Assembly: GCA_964019335.1 (NCBI GenBank)
Contig: OZ025695.1
Coordinates: 310,001-374,000 of the forward strand
Reading direction: 5' to 3'
DNA length: 64,000 nucleotides
Source: Diplonema japonicum
Taxonomy: Eukaryota; Protista; Euglenozoa: Diplonemea
Shown here piece after piece: positions 23,013 to 34,443 of the stretch. Below the pieces are notes generated by a model. It did no database searches and was not told where the DNA came from. It worked only from the letters and a program-made list of their open reading frames with translations. Each line of letters starts with the position of its first letter. The first letter of the stretch is position 1. Position numbers and translations under genes: made by a program.

Positions 23013-24545
23013 TTAACAGAAGAAAAGAAAAACGAAAACGACGAAGAAAGCAATCAGTGTTCTGCGGTAGTTGCAGCGGACTGAGAATGCAGCGCTCGGG
23101 CTTGAGAAATCAACACCAAGCACCATTTCCTCATACCACGAGAGGTTGAGCCAGACCGGCCTCCCCAGCCCCATCTCCGCTTGAAGGATTTTCTCCGTGA
23201 GCTGTAGCCCGCCTGTGGCCCACCCGAAGGTGTCGAAAGAACGGCCGTAGTCCTGGTTGGCAAGGAAGACATTGTAATCCTCATTGGGGCGACGTACCAC
23301 CTTCCACACTGTGTTGGGCATTGTGTTTACACACTCCGTGGCCCCAATCGACCCAACGTATGTGCCATTGCGAACAAAGTTCCCCATGTAAATAGCCTTG
23401 GGGGGTGCAAGGCTTGCAGGATCGACACCCGCCGCAGCAAGCTCTTTCGCATGGAACTCCATCAGCTGTGCATGAAGATCAGCAAGGACATTGGCATGCT
23501 TCCCACCAGGGACGATCCTTGTCATTGCGTCCTGTGGGTCTGCTACTAACCCCCTCCAGTAGTTGCCTTCCATGTCGTTTTCTGCGAAGCGGTAGTACAC
23601 CATCAGTGCCCCCCAACAGTCCCCGTACTTCACAGGACTTTCTGCGTACACGGGAAGACCGGAGTGACCATCCTTCACCTTGCACTTCGTCGGCCCGTCT
23701 TGATACCTACCGCTCAGGGGGACTGCTTCTTTGTCGGTGCCGTACGATCCTTGCATCAGCCCCAGCTTGGAGTACCACCACGCGTCGTCGTACAGGGCGT
23801 ACACCTTCAGTCCTGTGAGGAAGATCTGGCTTGTCATGCAAGAGAACGCTTCTTCACTGCCGCCTGCCTTTGGGAAGATGACACTGTCCTGATCCAGGGC
23901 CCCCAGAGCTGTCATAGGTGTGTTCATGAGGACGATGTCCGAGTGGAGCTTGTGGTCGGTCCCTCTGAAGGTCAGAATTGCTGTGCGACGCCCGTTTTTT
24001 ATGGTGTTCCCACCGTTCAACACGCCAGTCACAACTGTTCCTGTGAAGAGGTGTGCTCCTTTGCTGATGAGCTGCTCCAACATGGTTTCAACGACAAGGG
24101 AGTACCGGGAGTTCCCGTACACATCTGTCACTTTCAAACAGTTTGTTGAAAGCCCTGCACCGTTGCTGTGTCTGCACCCGCCGCCTGTGCAGTTGTAGTC
24201 GTAACACGCCGTCTTCAGCAACAGCCCCTTCATGATGAGATCGGAGGGGAGGTGGTCCCCCACAGCAAACCTGTACGCTCCCACATCAACTTCAATGTCG
24301 CTCATTTCAGGGAAATCCTTCACACTGTACAACCTCCCGCCGATGCGTGCGTTCGCCTCGAAGATACACACATCAGAGGCGGCCACACGATGGGTGTCCA
24401 CAGCAAGACGCCATGCAAAGTACACACCAGAGAACCCAGCGCCTGCAACAGACACCTTGCATTTGGATGGGAGCTCTTCCGTGTTCACCGTCAGGAGAAG
24501 CAAGACGGTTATTGTTAACAGCATTTTGATGTGTAAGCTTTGCAA
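23013..24545 (-). CDS. Secreted FAD-dependent L-amino acid/amine oxidase-like protein, copy 2
   Basis: Near-identical to copy 1 over the mature region; different signal peptide (start may be 24524) and extended hydrophobic C-terminus. Confidence 0.85.
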   Translation of the reverse strand: MQSLHIKMLLTITVLLLLTVNTEELPSKCKVSVAGAGFSGVYFAWRLAVDTHRVAASDVCIFEANARIGGRLYSVKDFPEMSDIEVDVGAYRFAVGDHLPSDLIMKGLLLKTACYDYNCTGGGCRHSNGAGLSTNCLKVTDVYGNSRYSLVVETMLEQLISKGAHLFTGTVVTGVLNGGNTIKNGRRTAILTFRGTDHKLHSDIVLMNTPMTALGALDQDSVIFPKAGGSEEAFSCMTSQIFLTGLKVYALYDDAWWYSKLGLMQGSYGTDKEAVPLSGRYQDGPTKCKVKDGHSGLPVYAESPVKYGDCWGALMVYYRFAENDMEGNYWRGLVADPQDAMTRIVPGGKHANVLADLHAQLMEFHAKELAAAGVDPASLAPPKAIYMGNFVRNGTYVGSIGATECVNTMPNTVWKVVRRPNEDYNVFLANQDYGRSFDTFGWATGGLQLTEKILQAEMGLGRPVWLNLSWYEEMVLGVDFSSPSAAFSVRCNYRRTLIAFFVVFVFLFFC

Positions 24546-24617
24546 TGTGAGCAGGAAGAAAAAAGAGAAGAAAAAAAAAGAGAATCTAAATCTATCACCT
24601 ACCAGACGTAATAAGAA

Positions 24618-25613
24618 CTACGCGGCACGTGTTGGGGATGCGGGGTCCGAGATGAGGGGGTCGAAGAGGTTCACTGTAACGCGCCTGACATCCTCGTAGT
24701 CGGCGGAGGCAGAGGTTGCCCACACATCGTGCGTGTCGTCAGTGATGGGAACGGCACTCCATGTGTTGGGTGGTATCTTCTTTTTAGGTGCAGGGGGCTT
24801 TCGAGGGGACGTCGTCTTGCGGCTCTGTACATTGTTGGATATCTCCTCAAGGTACATCTTCCTCTCGTCCTCCTTGCATTTTTTCATGTATTCCTCCTTC
24901 AGTTTCCTCGCTTGTTCTTGCTTGTCACGATCACCGGAAAGCTGCCGGTGTCTCTGTGCAGCAAGCTTCACCGCAGTTGTTTCCCTTTCCTTCTTGGACT
25001 TCCCGAACCCCTTTGAGTCGCAAAACGTATCTAGTCTTCTTTTTGTCTTCTCAAGGAGTTCCTTTTTTCTCATTTCCTTCTCCGTTTCGTGTGCTACAGC
25101 ATCTTTTCGAAGTGCTTTTAAGGCGGCGGTGTAACGTTGTTTTTCGACTGCAGGGGAGGATGCTTTTTGGACAATGTGTGGCTTGGGGCTGTCAGGCGGT
25201 CGTTTTGGAGTCGATATTGCGTGCTGAGGCGTGATTTTCTGAGGGTTTTGCTGTACTTTTGGGAGACCTTTTTGAGCGATCAAGAGTAAGGCTCGCTCGC
25301 GCAGTTTTTTGGTACGCATTGCGTCTTCGTGCTTTTCGTCATCGTGAATTTCTTCTTCGTCTTCTATAAGCAGTGTCCCTGTTGCAGTCGGTTCAGCACA
25401 CTCCCCTCCTTCTAGCATGGCTGCGATGTCTCTTCTCACTGCATCTATGCGCCCTTCTCGTGCTGCTTGCTCCTCCTTTAACTGCACTTTCAACCTCTCC
25501 TTGGACCCTGCCATTGCATCATTCAGGATGCTTCTCAGCCCTTCCACACCTTCCAGCAGTTCTATCCTCCTCTTCCTTTCCTCCTCCAGATTATTTTTAA
25601 TTTCTAGATTCAT
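24618..25613 (-). CDS. Hypothetical coiled-coil protein (331 aa)
   Basis: Long ORF, A-run before ATG, charged helical composition. Confidence 0.75.
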   Translation of the reverse strand: MNLEIKNNLEEERKRRIELLEGVEGLRSILNDAMAGSKERLKVQLKEEQAAREGRIDAVRRDIAAMLEGGECAEPTATGTLLIEDEEEIHDDEKHEDAMRTKKLRERALLLIAQKGLPKVQQNPQKITPQHAISTPKRPPDSPKPHIVQKASSPAVEKQRYTAALKALRKDAVAHETEKEMRKKELLEKTKRRLDTFCDSKGFGKSKKERETTAVKLAAQRHRQLSGDRDKQEQARKLKEEYMKKCKEDERKMYLEEISNNVQSRKTTSPRKPPAPKKKIPPNTWSAVPITDDTHDVWATSASADYEDVRRVTVNLFDPLISDPASPTRAA

Positions 25614-26034
25614 TTTTTTTTTTGCCCCCCAACTTTCTTCCCTTTTTTGTTTTGATTCTCATATGTTTTGTTTTTTTCTTTTTTTTTTTTCCAGGGGGTT
25701 TTGTATAAAAAAAAAAAAAAAAACATGTTGGGGAGGGGAACATTACAATTAGAAAAGTAGAAAAACAAAGGAATGAAGGAGGGGCAAAAAAAAGGGGGAC
25801 TTCTAGGAAAAGCAAGAGGGGGGGGGGGGGGGGGGGGGGAGGGAAGAAGAGGGACACAAACTTTTTTTTTTCTAATGGGTCATTTTTTTTTTTCTCTTTT
25901 TTTAAAATTAACAAAAGGGGGAAAATGTAAGGGATGGAAACAAAAACAAAAAAAAAAACAAAAAAAGGCAAGAGCATCTAAAAAAAAAAAAAAAAAGACC
26001 ACACAACTCACACACCCATCCTTAACTTATTTCT

Positions 26035-28221
26035 CTAATATCTTCTGGGTGAAAGGGTGGAGGAGTGCGTAGGTTGGTGCTGAGAGGTAGGGATATAGGG
26101 TTGCTGCTGCTGCTGCTGCTGCGAGGGTTGGGCTTGGGAGGGAACGAGCCGCGTGAACTGCCCAATAGAATGCCCACAATTTCTACAAGGCACACCGGGC
26201 ACGAAACCAGATGTGGAGCACAAGGGACACGTCAACTTCACATGATAATTCGAGGCATGACCATAGTCATCAGGGTCTACTGGCCATGACATAGCAGAAG
26301 TGTGGAGCTGAGCAGGCGGCTGCCCCGCTACAACAGGCGTTACAATTCCCGTGGCCCCTCCTTGAGGGGTTGATGAAGCGACACCTCCCACTGTCACTGT
26401 CGGACCATGGTGTACCTGTGCGACAGGCTGCTGTTGCTGTTGTTGCAACTGTGCGGCTTGTTGTTTTTTCGTCGCCTCCAGTTGATCTTGCAGTGCTTGG
26501 TACTGAACCTTTTGTTCCTCTATCTGCCGTTGGAGTTGGTTGGTTAAATCGTTTGCCTTGTCGCCGGATTCTTTGTGCGATGTGAGCTGTCTTTGGAGAT
26601 CCTCGTTTTGCTGCTCCAATTGGAGTCCGTAGTCACGGATTTGAGCCATTTCTTGAGTGAGTTTTCGGAGGTCCTCTTCGAGGTCGGCCGCTCGTCGTTC
26701 GGAGGCTTCGGCTTGTTCTTGGAGCTTGCTGAGCGCGAACCTGTTTTGCTCCAGCTCGTCACGGAGGCGGTTCGCTTCGTTCCGTGCGGCGTCGCCTTCC
26801 ATCGTCATCTGGTTCTTCAGCCTCCTCTGGTTGTCGACCTCGTCCTCTAGTTCTTGACGCTGCTGGTCCTGCCGCCTTCTCGTTGATATCCTCTCCTCTT
26901 CAAGCTCCTCGAGTTCCGCGGTCTTTCTCTTCAACTGATTTTGCAGCGTTTCATTATCTGCTGTTAACATTTCAACCTGCTGCCTCAGAGAGTGTAGCCC
27001 ACCCATTAGGGGTGGGGAAGGATTTTCCTATTTTTTTTTTGATTTTTTTTTTTTTTTTTAAAATATTTTTTCGGTACCTGAGGCTGGCCGTGGGGTGGAG
27101 CCCCGGGACCGCCGAAGGGTGTCAGGGAATTGTACTCGATCCCTCCTGACCCGCCGGGACCTTCTTGGAAGAGCGCACGGCAGCTGGACTGAAGGGTGTT
27201 CAGTGCTTCGTGAAGATGGAACATCGCGTCCCTCGCGGTCTGATTATTATTATTATTTTTTTTTTTTTTTGATAAGAAACGTAATCACACACCTGTCTGT
27301 CAGCAACGGTAACGGGTGCATCCAGGTCGCCGGTCATGTCAATGTCGTCAAGCCCAGCTAGGGGGTCAACAACACGCTCCCCTGTGAACCTGTCTATAAT
27401 CCCGCGGAGCTGCAAGAGACGCCTCCGCATTCTCCGAGCTTGCGTCGCGAGCTCCATGAAATTCTTTTTGTCCTCGTCGGCCGCCACCTCCATTTCGCGT
27501 ATTTTTTCTTGCAGGGCTTGCCTTTATTATTATTATTATTATTATTTGTATTTTCTTTTTTTTTTTTTTTTTTTGTCGATGTCTCATACAAGGCAGAATG
27601 CGCTGCTTCTTTTTCCGCTTTTTCCTTTTCCCGTTCCATTTCTGCCGCTGCGATTCTCTGCCTTATGTCGCCATCGTTTTTGTTCAGTGCGGATTTTGCT
27701 TCCCTTTTTTATTTATTTATTTATTTATTTTTTTTTTTTTTTCAAAAAAAAAAAAAAAAGAAATACCATAGTTCGGCTTTAATTTTTTCATTCTCATCCG
27801 CGACACGCTTGCACTCCTCCACCCCCCGGTCCAGCCATTCCTTGAGAAGTTGATTTTCGTTCTGGAGCTTTGAGGCATCTTGGTGTTGGTTCTGCAGTTC
27901 CTCGGTTTTTGTGTGAAGCTCCTGGCCTGTCTTGATGAAGTGCTGGTTGATGCGGTCCTTTTCCAGGTTGAAGGCTTCCCTTTGTTCCTCTAGTTTCGAA
28001 GCGAGCAACTTAGCGTGTTCTTCTTTGTAAAGTTCAAACTGCACCTCTAACTGTTTCAGCACAGCTTCTTTATGGCGAAGCTCATCATGTAGCCTCATCT
28101 CTGTTTCTGTCTCGAATCGTATTCCAACTATCTCCTCTGGAAGAGGGGGTGGAGGAGGAACCCCTAAATGTTGTCGTTTTGGGCTTGTATTGCGAGAATA
28201 CCCCTGTGGGGGCGGGTACAT
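26035..28221 (-). CDS. Five-exon coiled-coil protein with C-terminal zinc ribbon
   Basis: GT-AG introns at 27704-27766, 27522-27589, 27240-27292 and 27028-27077 join the ORF fragments in frame; CPLC...CRNC near the C-terminus. Confidence 0.8.
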
Positions 28222-28839
28222 GATTTGCTGCTTTTTTTTTTTTTTTTTTTTTTCCCTCCCCTCTCTCCCCTCCTTTTCTTAACGTTGGCCTGATATGAAG
28301 TGGGGGGGGGGGGGAGGGGGAAAAAATGAAACTCTATTTAAAAAAAAAAAACTCATTGGTGGAAAAAAAAGGGGGGGGCCTTCGTTCACCATGTGAAGCT
28401 GACATTTCTTTTTTTGCTTGCAAAGTCGGTGTTGTTCTGCAGAAAGTTGAAGGCGAACAAGGATGCCTCAATTTTATATATCGCCAATCAAAAAAAAAAA
28501 AAGAAAAAAAAGGAAAAAGAATCTGCTAGAACTATCCCTGCTCACACCTCATTTCTTTTATGTTTTCTTTTTTTCAAATACTTTTCTTTTCTTTTCTTTT
28601 TTTTTTCTCTTTTTTTGTTCGGAGTTTGGCTTTCTGAGGAAGGTTTTTCACCAAAGCAAAAAAAAAAAAAAAAGAAAAAAAAATTGAATGTTCTTTAAGT
28701 TTTCGAAAGAATAAGAGATAAAAGGCAAAAAAAAAAAAAAAAAAGAAAATCGATATCTCTTTACGTCAAGGTGACACAAGTCAATACGGCTCCAAGAGTA
28801 CACGGACTTCTTCATATCACCATGTTATCTCCACCACCA

Positions 28840-28895
<56 letters not shown>

Positions 28896-29053
28896 AGCAA
28901 GGACCCAATCGTCCTGCTGACGAAGAGAGCAAACAAAGGGGGGAGAAAAAAAAAGATCAAAGGTCAGTGTCGGTGCCCTGTTTGGAGAAATAAAAAAAAA
29001 AAAAAAAAAAGAACGGGGATTTCCCATATTTCATATTTCACTTTAGAAGGAAG

Positions 29054-29093
<40 letters not shown>

Positions 29094-29125
29094 TTTTTTT
29101 TCCCTCAATAAAGCAGATTCCAATT

Positions 29126-30625
29126 TCAAGAAGGAAGCAGCAGCTTCCCAGGGTAGCATGCAGTGGCGAAGACTTGGTGCTGAGGGCAGACAGACACACG
29201 AGGCAAAAGGCCATGTCCGGATACGGGAGGCCCGTGAATCTGAAACCCAAGGGATTGGAAGGTTTTGATGTCTAATTCGTAGGCCTTCTCGACGTCCGCA
29301 TGCATTCTCGGAGAGCTGTAGTAAGACGACATTTTCGAACGGGAATCAGTTGCGTGGCCGTCGGTAGTGAGTTTTCGCTGCATGAATCCTTCTGGGGATC
29401 GCCATCCCTTAGCACCATACGTTTCCCAAAGAGAGTATTTTTCTAAAAGCAGTTTCACATGCTCACCCGTCGCCCACCCAATAAAGTCCATCAGCGGGAG
29501 AAATTTGAAAACGTTCGCAACCAGTATTTGAGACCTCCAGTGAGCGTTCGTAAAAGGCCCGACCCCGTTTGGCGGCCGATCGTTCACCTTAAGCTTTTCG
29601 ATCAAATCTGAAAACGTCATTTTTTTCTGCTGCATGAAAACCCGTTGGTGGTAGGAATTCGTCATGACGAACTTGTCCAAATAAGCAGAAAGAAGCCGGA
29701 TCTTCGGGTCGCGAAAAAACACGATTTTTTCGTAATCAGGGTTGTTCATTAGAAGCGTGGCCTCCTCGGGCGTGAACTCGCTCAGCAGCAACCGCTTACG
29801 AACCGTGTCGGTGAAACGAAAATGGACCGCCACCCCGTACAAACTGTCATCGTAGTCTTCATGACCCACCAAACGGTCGTAAAGACGAAGAAATTCCGAA
29901 CACGCTGCTTTTGGAACTGTGAATAGGATCAACTTGTGAATCGGGTCGACCAAAACGTGAGAAGAGAAGCTTTTCAAGTCGCGCTCGGTGACATCGACCC
30001 ATAGTGGCGGGTTGATGTTCTCATGATCCTTCAAAGATGTCATGTTGCTGACCACCTCAGAGGACCAGATTTCACTACGGTTGTACGCCCGCCCCGTGAC
30101 CTCCTTGACCCGCCATGTTGCTGCTTTTATCGACGATTTTGATGCGAAAAGTTTCACATCGTGTGCCGCACGTTCTTTTAAATTTAGTTTTAGCGGAGTT
30201 CGATTTGGTGCTATGTATGTGTTCCCGGCAGCATGGCCGGGGGTTAGAACACATGATGGATTTAAGAGTGTACATTTGAATGTTTCGCAATAAACAGATT
30301 GGCATCGAGGGTGTGCGGAACAAGTTTCCAACACGGCGGTTATGTTAGCGCTCTTCGGTCCCAGGACTTCTCCTATTGTGTGTTCGAAGATGTACTGGCA
30401 AGTTTGGCTCGGGTAGTGGTAGTAAGTTACCTTTTCGGTTTTAAATTCTGTTCTTCCTTTGGTGTTGTATGTAACGCTGGGTTCCCGTGCCGGGTTGAAG
30501 AGTGCGTTCTGGTCCCATTCAGCTGGTTGTTTTGAAGTTGGCACGTGTTCTTCGCTTGCGGTCTGGAGGACAATAATGCAGCTTAATGCGAATACTAATA
30601 ATATTGAGGTCCATACCCGGGACAT
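29126..30625 (-). CDS. Golgi-type carbohydrate sulfotransferase (Sulfotransfer_2 family)
   Basis: Signal anchor; PAPS-binding motifs VPKAACS and FRDPKIRLLSAYLDKF; HWRSQ. Confidence 0.9.
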   Translation of the reverse strand: MSRVWTSILLVFALSCIIVLQTASEEHVPTSKQPAEWDQNALFNPAREPSVTYNTKGRTEFKTEKVTYYHYPSQTCQYIFEHTIGEVLGPKSANITAVLETCSAHPRCQSVYCETFKCTLLNPSCVLTPGHAAGNTYIAPNRTPLKLNLKERAAHDVKLFASKSSIKAATWRVKEVTGRAYNRSEIWSSEVVSNMTSLKDHENINPPLWVDVTERDLKSFSSHVLVDPIHKLILFTVPKAACSEFLRLYDRLVGHEDYDDSLYGVAVHFRFTDTVRKRLLLSEFTPEEATLLMNNPDYEKIVFFRDPKIRLLSAYLDKFVMTNSYHQRVFMQQKKMTFSDLIEKLKVNDRPPNGVGPFTNAHWRSQILVANVFKFLPLMDFIGWATGEHVKLLLEKYSLWETYGAKGWRSPEGFMQRKLTTDGHATDSRSKMSSYYSSPRMHADVEKAYELDIKTFQSLGFQIHGPPVSGHGLLPRVSVCPQHQVFATACYPGKLLLPS

Positions 30626-31242
30626 TTTTTTTTTTTCTTTTTTCTTTTTTGTTGTTGTTGCCCCGACTTTTTTTTGTTTGATTTTTTTTTTTTTTTTTTT
30701 TTTTTGACAAGAAAATTACAGGGTTCAAAGTAAGATGGGAAATATATAAAAAAAAAAATATTTTTTAGGGTTGAAAAAAAAAGTAAAAAAAAAAGGGGGG
30801 AGTGTGTCATTTTTTTTTGTTTTTTTTTGTTTCTTTTTTATATAAATTTGCTCCCCCACTTGTTAACAGAGGGAAATGTGTAAATGGATGAAAGAAAAGA
30901 GAGAGGAAAGAAAAGAGAAGAAGAAGAAAATTGAGTAAGAAATGAAAAAAAAGAGATTTTTAAACTGAAAAAAAGGGGGGGAACCGTAATAAGAAAAGAG
31001 AGGGAGATTTTGTCCCCTCGGAATGCAAAAAAAGAAATAGGGAAAGAAAAAAAAAAGGATGGTATCCTCATTTCTTCATTCTACTTTTTTTGGGGGGGGG
31101 AAGGGCAATGAAAACAAAAAGTCAGGAGAGTAAGGGGGAACCCTGTCGTTGTGAACAAATGGTTCCCTTTAAAAAAAAGAAAAAAAGAGAAGAAGAAGAA
31201 AGAGAAAGAGAGAGAGAAGACCCCTTGAAATGGCCCAGCATT

Positions 31243-31278
<36 letters not shown>

Positions 31279-31413
31279 ATACAAAAAAAAAAAAAAATGG
31301 ACCAGCTACAAAAAAAAAAAAAAAAAAAAAAAGAGACGAGAGAAAAGGTAGTTTTCAAATATCTCGTCCGGAGGAAAAAAAAAAAAAAAAAGAAAAAAAA
31401 AACTTTTTTTTTT

Positions 31414-32487
31414 TCATTCTGCATTTCTTTTCAGCACCTCGCTGCCTGCAAGCAGGCGGTTTGTCATCTCGCTCGTATATACTTGAAAATACTTGAAGAC
31501 ATGAATATTATCCTCAATAGACGTCCTGTCGTTGATAGAGTCCAGCATCCCCGTCGTGTTGTAAATCCCGAGAAACGAAAGAAACAGCTGGATCGCATTC
31601 ATCACGATAGCTGCGGTGATAACCGCTTCATCCCGCGCGCAAGAGTTATCGGCAAAATCACCAATATAGTCTGTGCTGGATGGGTTACACAACCTGGTGT
31701 TGTCCTGGTTGTGATGGATTTCGGTGTACAAAAACGTGACAATAAGAGACAAAAGCCACAATTGCGCGATCCAGTATTTACGCAGAAAAGCTTCATTTTC
31801 AGACAGAGATCCGAGAATTCCGAAAATCTGAGCGATTATGCCCACGACTCCGACGGCAAAGGAAGCTACTACCACCTCGATTCTCCCTCCATCGAGTTCA
31901 CTGCTTCCCAGGCCCCACACAGTCGCACAGGTCAGGAGTTGTAAAATCGAATTTAAAAACACTCTGATCCCTCTCTTTGCAATCTCTTGGTCCTCCACCA
32001 TCACCCTTGCCCTTAGAAAATACCAGGTTGAGATAGTGTATTTATCAGTTGTGGTGGCCATTTTTGGGAGTGCGTCTTCGTTTTTCTCCTTCAGCGATAC
32101 TTTTTTGCTCAGAAATCGAGATTGGTGCTTGAACCAAGGGTTGCCCTTCATTCCGTTGTACTCCCACATTGGTAGGATTTTCTGTTCTTCGTTGTGCTTT
32201 GGGGGTAAAGGAAGCGCGTCACCGGTGACGTCCTTCGTCCCCCTCGGGCCCAGAAGGTCCACGTACATGTCGGTAAGCGCATCTTCGTCCTCCTGAATCC
32301 TTGCGAACTGCAGCAGATCCCTCAGAAGCTTCCAGTGCTTCTCCATCGATGTCATCTTGTCCCCAGACCTCCCATCGATGTCGGCGTACTTCTCATCCAT
32401 AGATGCCTCCAAGGTCTCTGTGTCAACAGGTTCGTTAGAGATAGACCTGGCCTCATCCATGGCACCAGACTTTGCCAAGTCAGACAT
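31414..32487 (-). CDS. Hypothetical four-TM membrane protein
   Basis: Long ORF with four hydrophobic helices in the C-terminal half and two Cys in the loop. Confidence 0.75.
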   Translation of the reverse strand: MSDLAKSGAMDEARSISNEPVDTETLEASMDEKYADIDGRSGDKMTSMEKHWKLLRDLLQFARIQEDEDALTDMYVDLLGPRGTKDVTGDALPLPPKHNEEQKILPMWEYNGMKGNPWFKHQSRFLSKKVSLKEKNEDALPKMATTTDKYTISTWYFLRARVMVEDQEIAKRGIRVFLNSILQLLTCATVWGLGSSELDGGRIEVVVASFAVGVVGIIAQIFGILGSLSENEAFLRKYWIAQLWLLSLIVTFLYTEIHHNQDNTRLCNPSSTDYIGDFADNSCARDEAVITAAIVMNAIQLFLSFLGIYNTTGMLDSINDRTSIEDNIHVFKYFQVYTSEMTNRLLAGSEVLKRNAE

Positions 32488-32669
32488 TTTTTTTTTTTTT
32501 TTTTTTTGTTTCTGTTCTTTTTTTTTTGTGTGTGTGTGGTGTGTACGTCTGTGAAGATTTTTTTTTTTCCCATGATGGGGGGGGGGGGGGGGGGGAAATC
32601 GTAACAGTTTTTTTTTTTTCTTTTTTTTTTCTTTTATTTAATTCGAGCCGGGTTTTCAAGGGTGGGAGT

Positions 32670-33360
32670 GAAAATAATATTTCACTTTATATCACGCTCA
32701 ACATTATATTCGTTCCCAGCTTATAGAGAAATAAGGCCCAGGAGTGACATAATGTACAGGAGTGATATAATGTTACATTATGTCACTCCTGCACCCTATT
32801 TTAGCCAAATTCCCTAGAAACACAGAAAACTATGGGAAGAAAGCCTAAGGCGATGGGGAGGATTACACGTCTCAGGGTGCTAGTCAGTCTGCTCAACCCA
32901 TCCCAGAATCAAGATTCTGCAGTGGGCCCCCGCATCCACCATACATGCAACCTCAGATGGTTCCAGCGGTAGCGATGCACACAGGATAAGCCTCGACATC
33001 AACATTAATGTTAGAACTAACGAGAACTGGTAACTTGAAATCCCTTGTAGCTTGTAATACCCAACCTTTTTTGCTGCCTCTCAGTTTTGATTTCTTCTTG
33101 TAACCTGTGCTCTGCACCTGTAACCTCCCACCCTTTCAAACCTGGCTCTTATTATAAAACACCATATTAAATGAAAATAAGTGCATTATTTCACTTGTGG
33201 CGGCAGGTTTAACTCGAAATTACTACTACACTCGCTACGCTCGTGAAGTAATTCGCTTACAACACTCGCTTCGCCCGTGAAGTAAGATCCTCTCTCGTTA
33301 AACCCCCTGCCACCACGCGTGAAATAATGCAATCTTATTTTCATTTAATAAATAGTTATT
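32670..33360. mobile_element. Palindromic element C with recombinase-site-like arms (Crypton-like candidate)
   Basis: Three CAGGAGTGAYATAA arms at 32739-32791 (two direct, one inverted). ~185-bp terminal palindrome at 33166-33350. Ends in AATAAATAGTTATT, as copy A does. Confidence 0.65.
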
Positions 33361-33561
33361 TTTTTTTTTCTTTTTTTTTTTTTCTCTCATTTTTTTTTTT
33401 TTTTCGGCAATGCTTTGCAGAGGAATAACAGCGATATCACAGAAGATGCGCGATTTGCTCGATGCTAGAGGTGGAGGCCTTTTTATCCTCTTTTTTTTTT
33501 TTTTTCGGAAGAAAAAAAAATTTTTTTTTTTTTGTTTCGTTCTTTTTTTTCTTTTTTTCTT

Positions 33562-34245
33562 TTAAGCAAACAACAATTCCTCCCTGTCACGTGACTCGAG
33601 CAGTTCCTTGTAACTGTCGGAGCGTTCGGCGAGTTCTTCTGCCGAAAGCTTTTTGAGCTCATCGGTAAGTCTGTCGGCTGCCGTTCTGTTGCATTTTGTG
33701 CACTCCGTCCTCTTTTCGAATTTTATAGGTTTTCTTCGTGCGAGGTATGCAGCATGCTCCTCGGCATCTTCAATAACAGTAACTTTGTAGGTCTCACCGT
33801 CAACAAGGCCGGTGAAGTACTCATCAAAGGCGGAGGTGAGGACTTTTGAAGGGCCGATTTCTATGGTACTTTTCTTGAACACGAAGTCGATGGCGAAGAG
33901 ATCGTCGACCACTCTATTCGAGAGGCTTCCATTCACTATCTTAGCTTTTTCTTTGTAGTGTTGGAAATGCAGCATGACCTCACCCATCACCGGTTGGGAC
34001 CTTGTCCACACTGACCCGTCTTTGAAGGTAGCTTCTTCTTCTGTCACGCTTACGTGTACCATTTCATTATCCCAGGTTTTTTCTTCACCGTTTCTGTCGA
34101 ACCACGGGCCTTCCCGAATCTGCTCGTTTACGCCGGGTTCTGTAGTTGGTCTTTCCTTCCCGATGGGTGGGAGTTCCAGTCCGCTGCCCGTTTTGTCATT
34201 CGCCTTTTTCTTTTTTGGTTTTTTTGTCTTTTTTTTGCCAGGCAT
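33562..34245 (-). CDS. Hypothetical protein (227 aa)
   Basis: ORF with globular-looking core; acceptor-like CAG 15 nt before ATG. Confidence 0.75.
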   Translation of the reverse strand: MPGKKKTKKPKKKKANDKTGSGLELPPIGKERPTTEPGVNEQIREGPWFDRNGEEKTWDNEMVHVSVTEEEATFKDGSVWTRSQPVMGEVMLHFQHYKEKAKIVNGSLSNRVVDDLFAIDFVFKKSTIEIGPSKVLTSAFDEYFTGLVDGETYKVTVIEDAEEHAAYLARRKPIKFEKRTECTKCNRTAADRLTDELKKLSAEELAERSDSYKELLESRDREELLFA

Positions 34246-34347
34246 ATCCCGCCCCCCAACCTGATGTGCTTTTAATGAACAAAATATTTGTGCGTTCCAC
34301 CAATAAAAAAAAAAAAAAAAAGAAGAAGTCTGAGGTGAGGCTTATAA

Positions 34348-34443
34348 ACATGAATCAGGTCCTTCACAACGTCTATCGTACATGAATCAGGTCCTTCACA
34401 ACGTCTATCGTACATGAATCAGGTCCTTCACAACGTCTATCGT
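34348..34443. repeat. Perfect 32-bp x3 minisatellite
   Basis: ACATGAATCAGGTCCTTCACAACGTCTATCGT three times head-to-tail. Confidence 0.95.

Noticed and set aside
34348-34443. CRISPR-like 32-bp repeats
   Set aside because: Repeats are contiguous with no spacers, there are no cas genes, and the context is eukaryotic.
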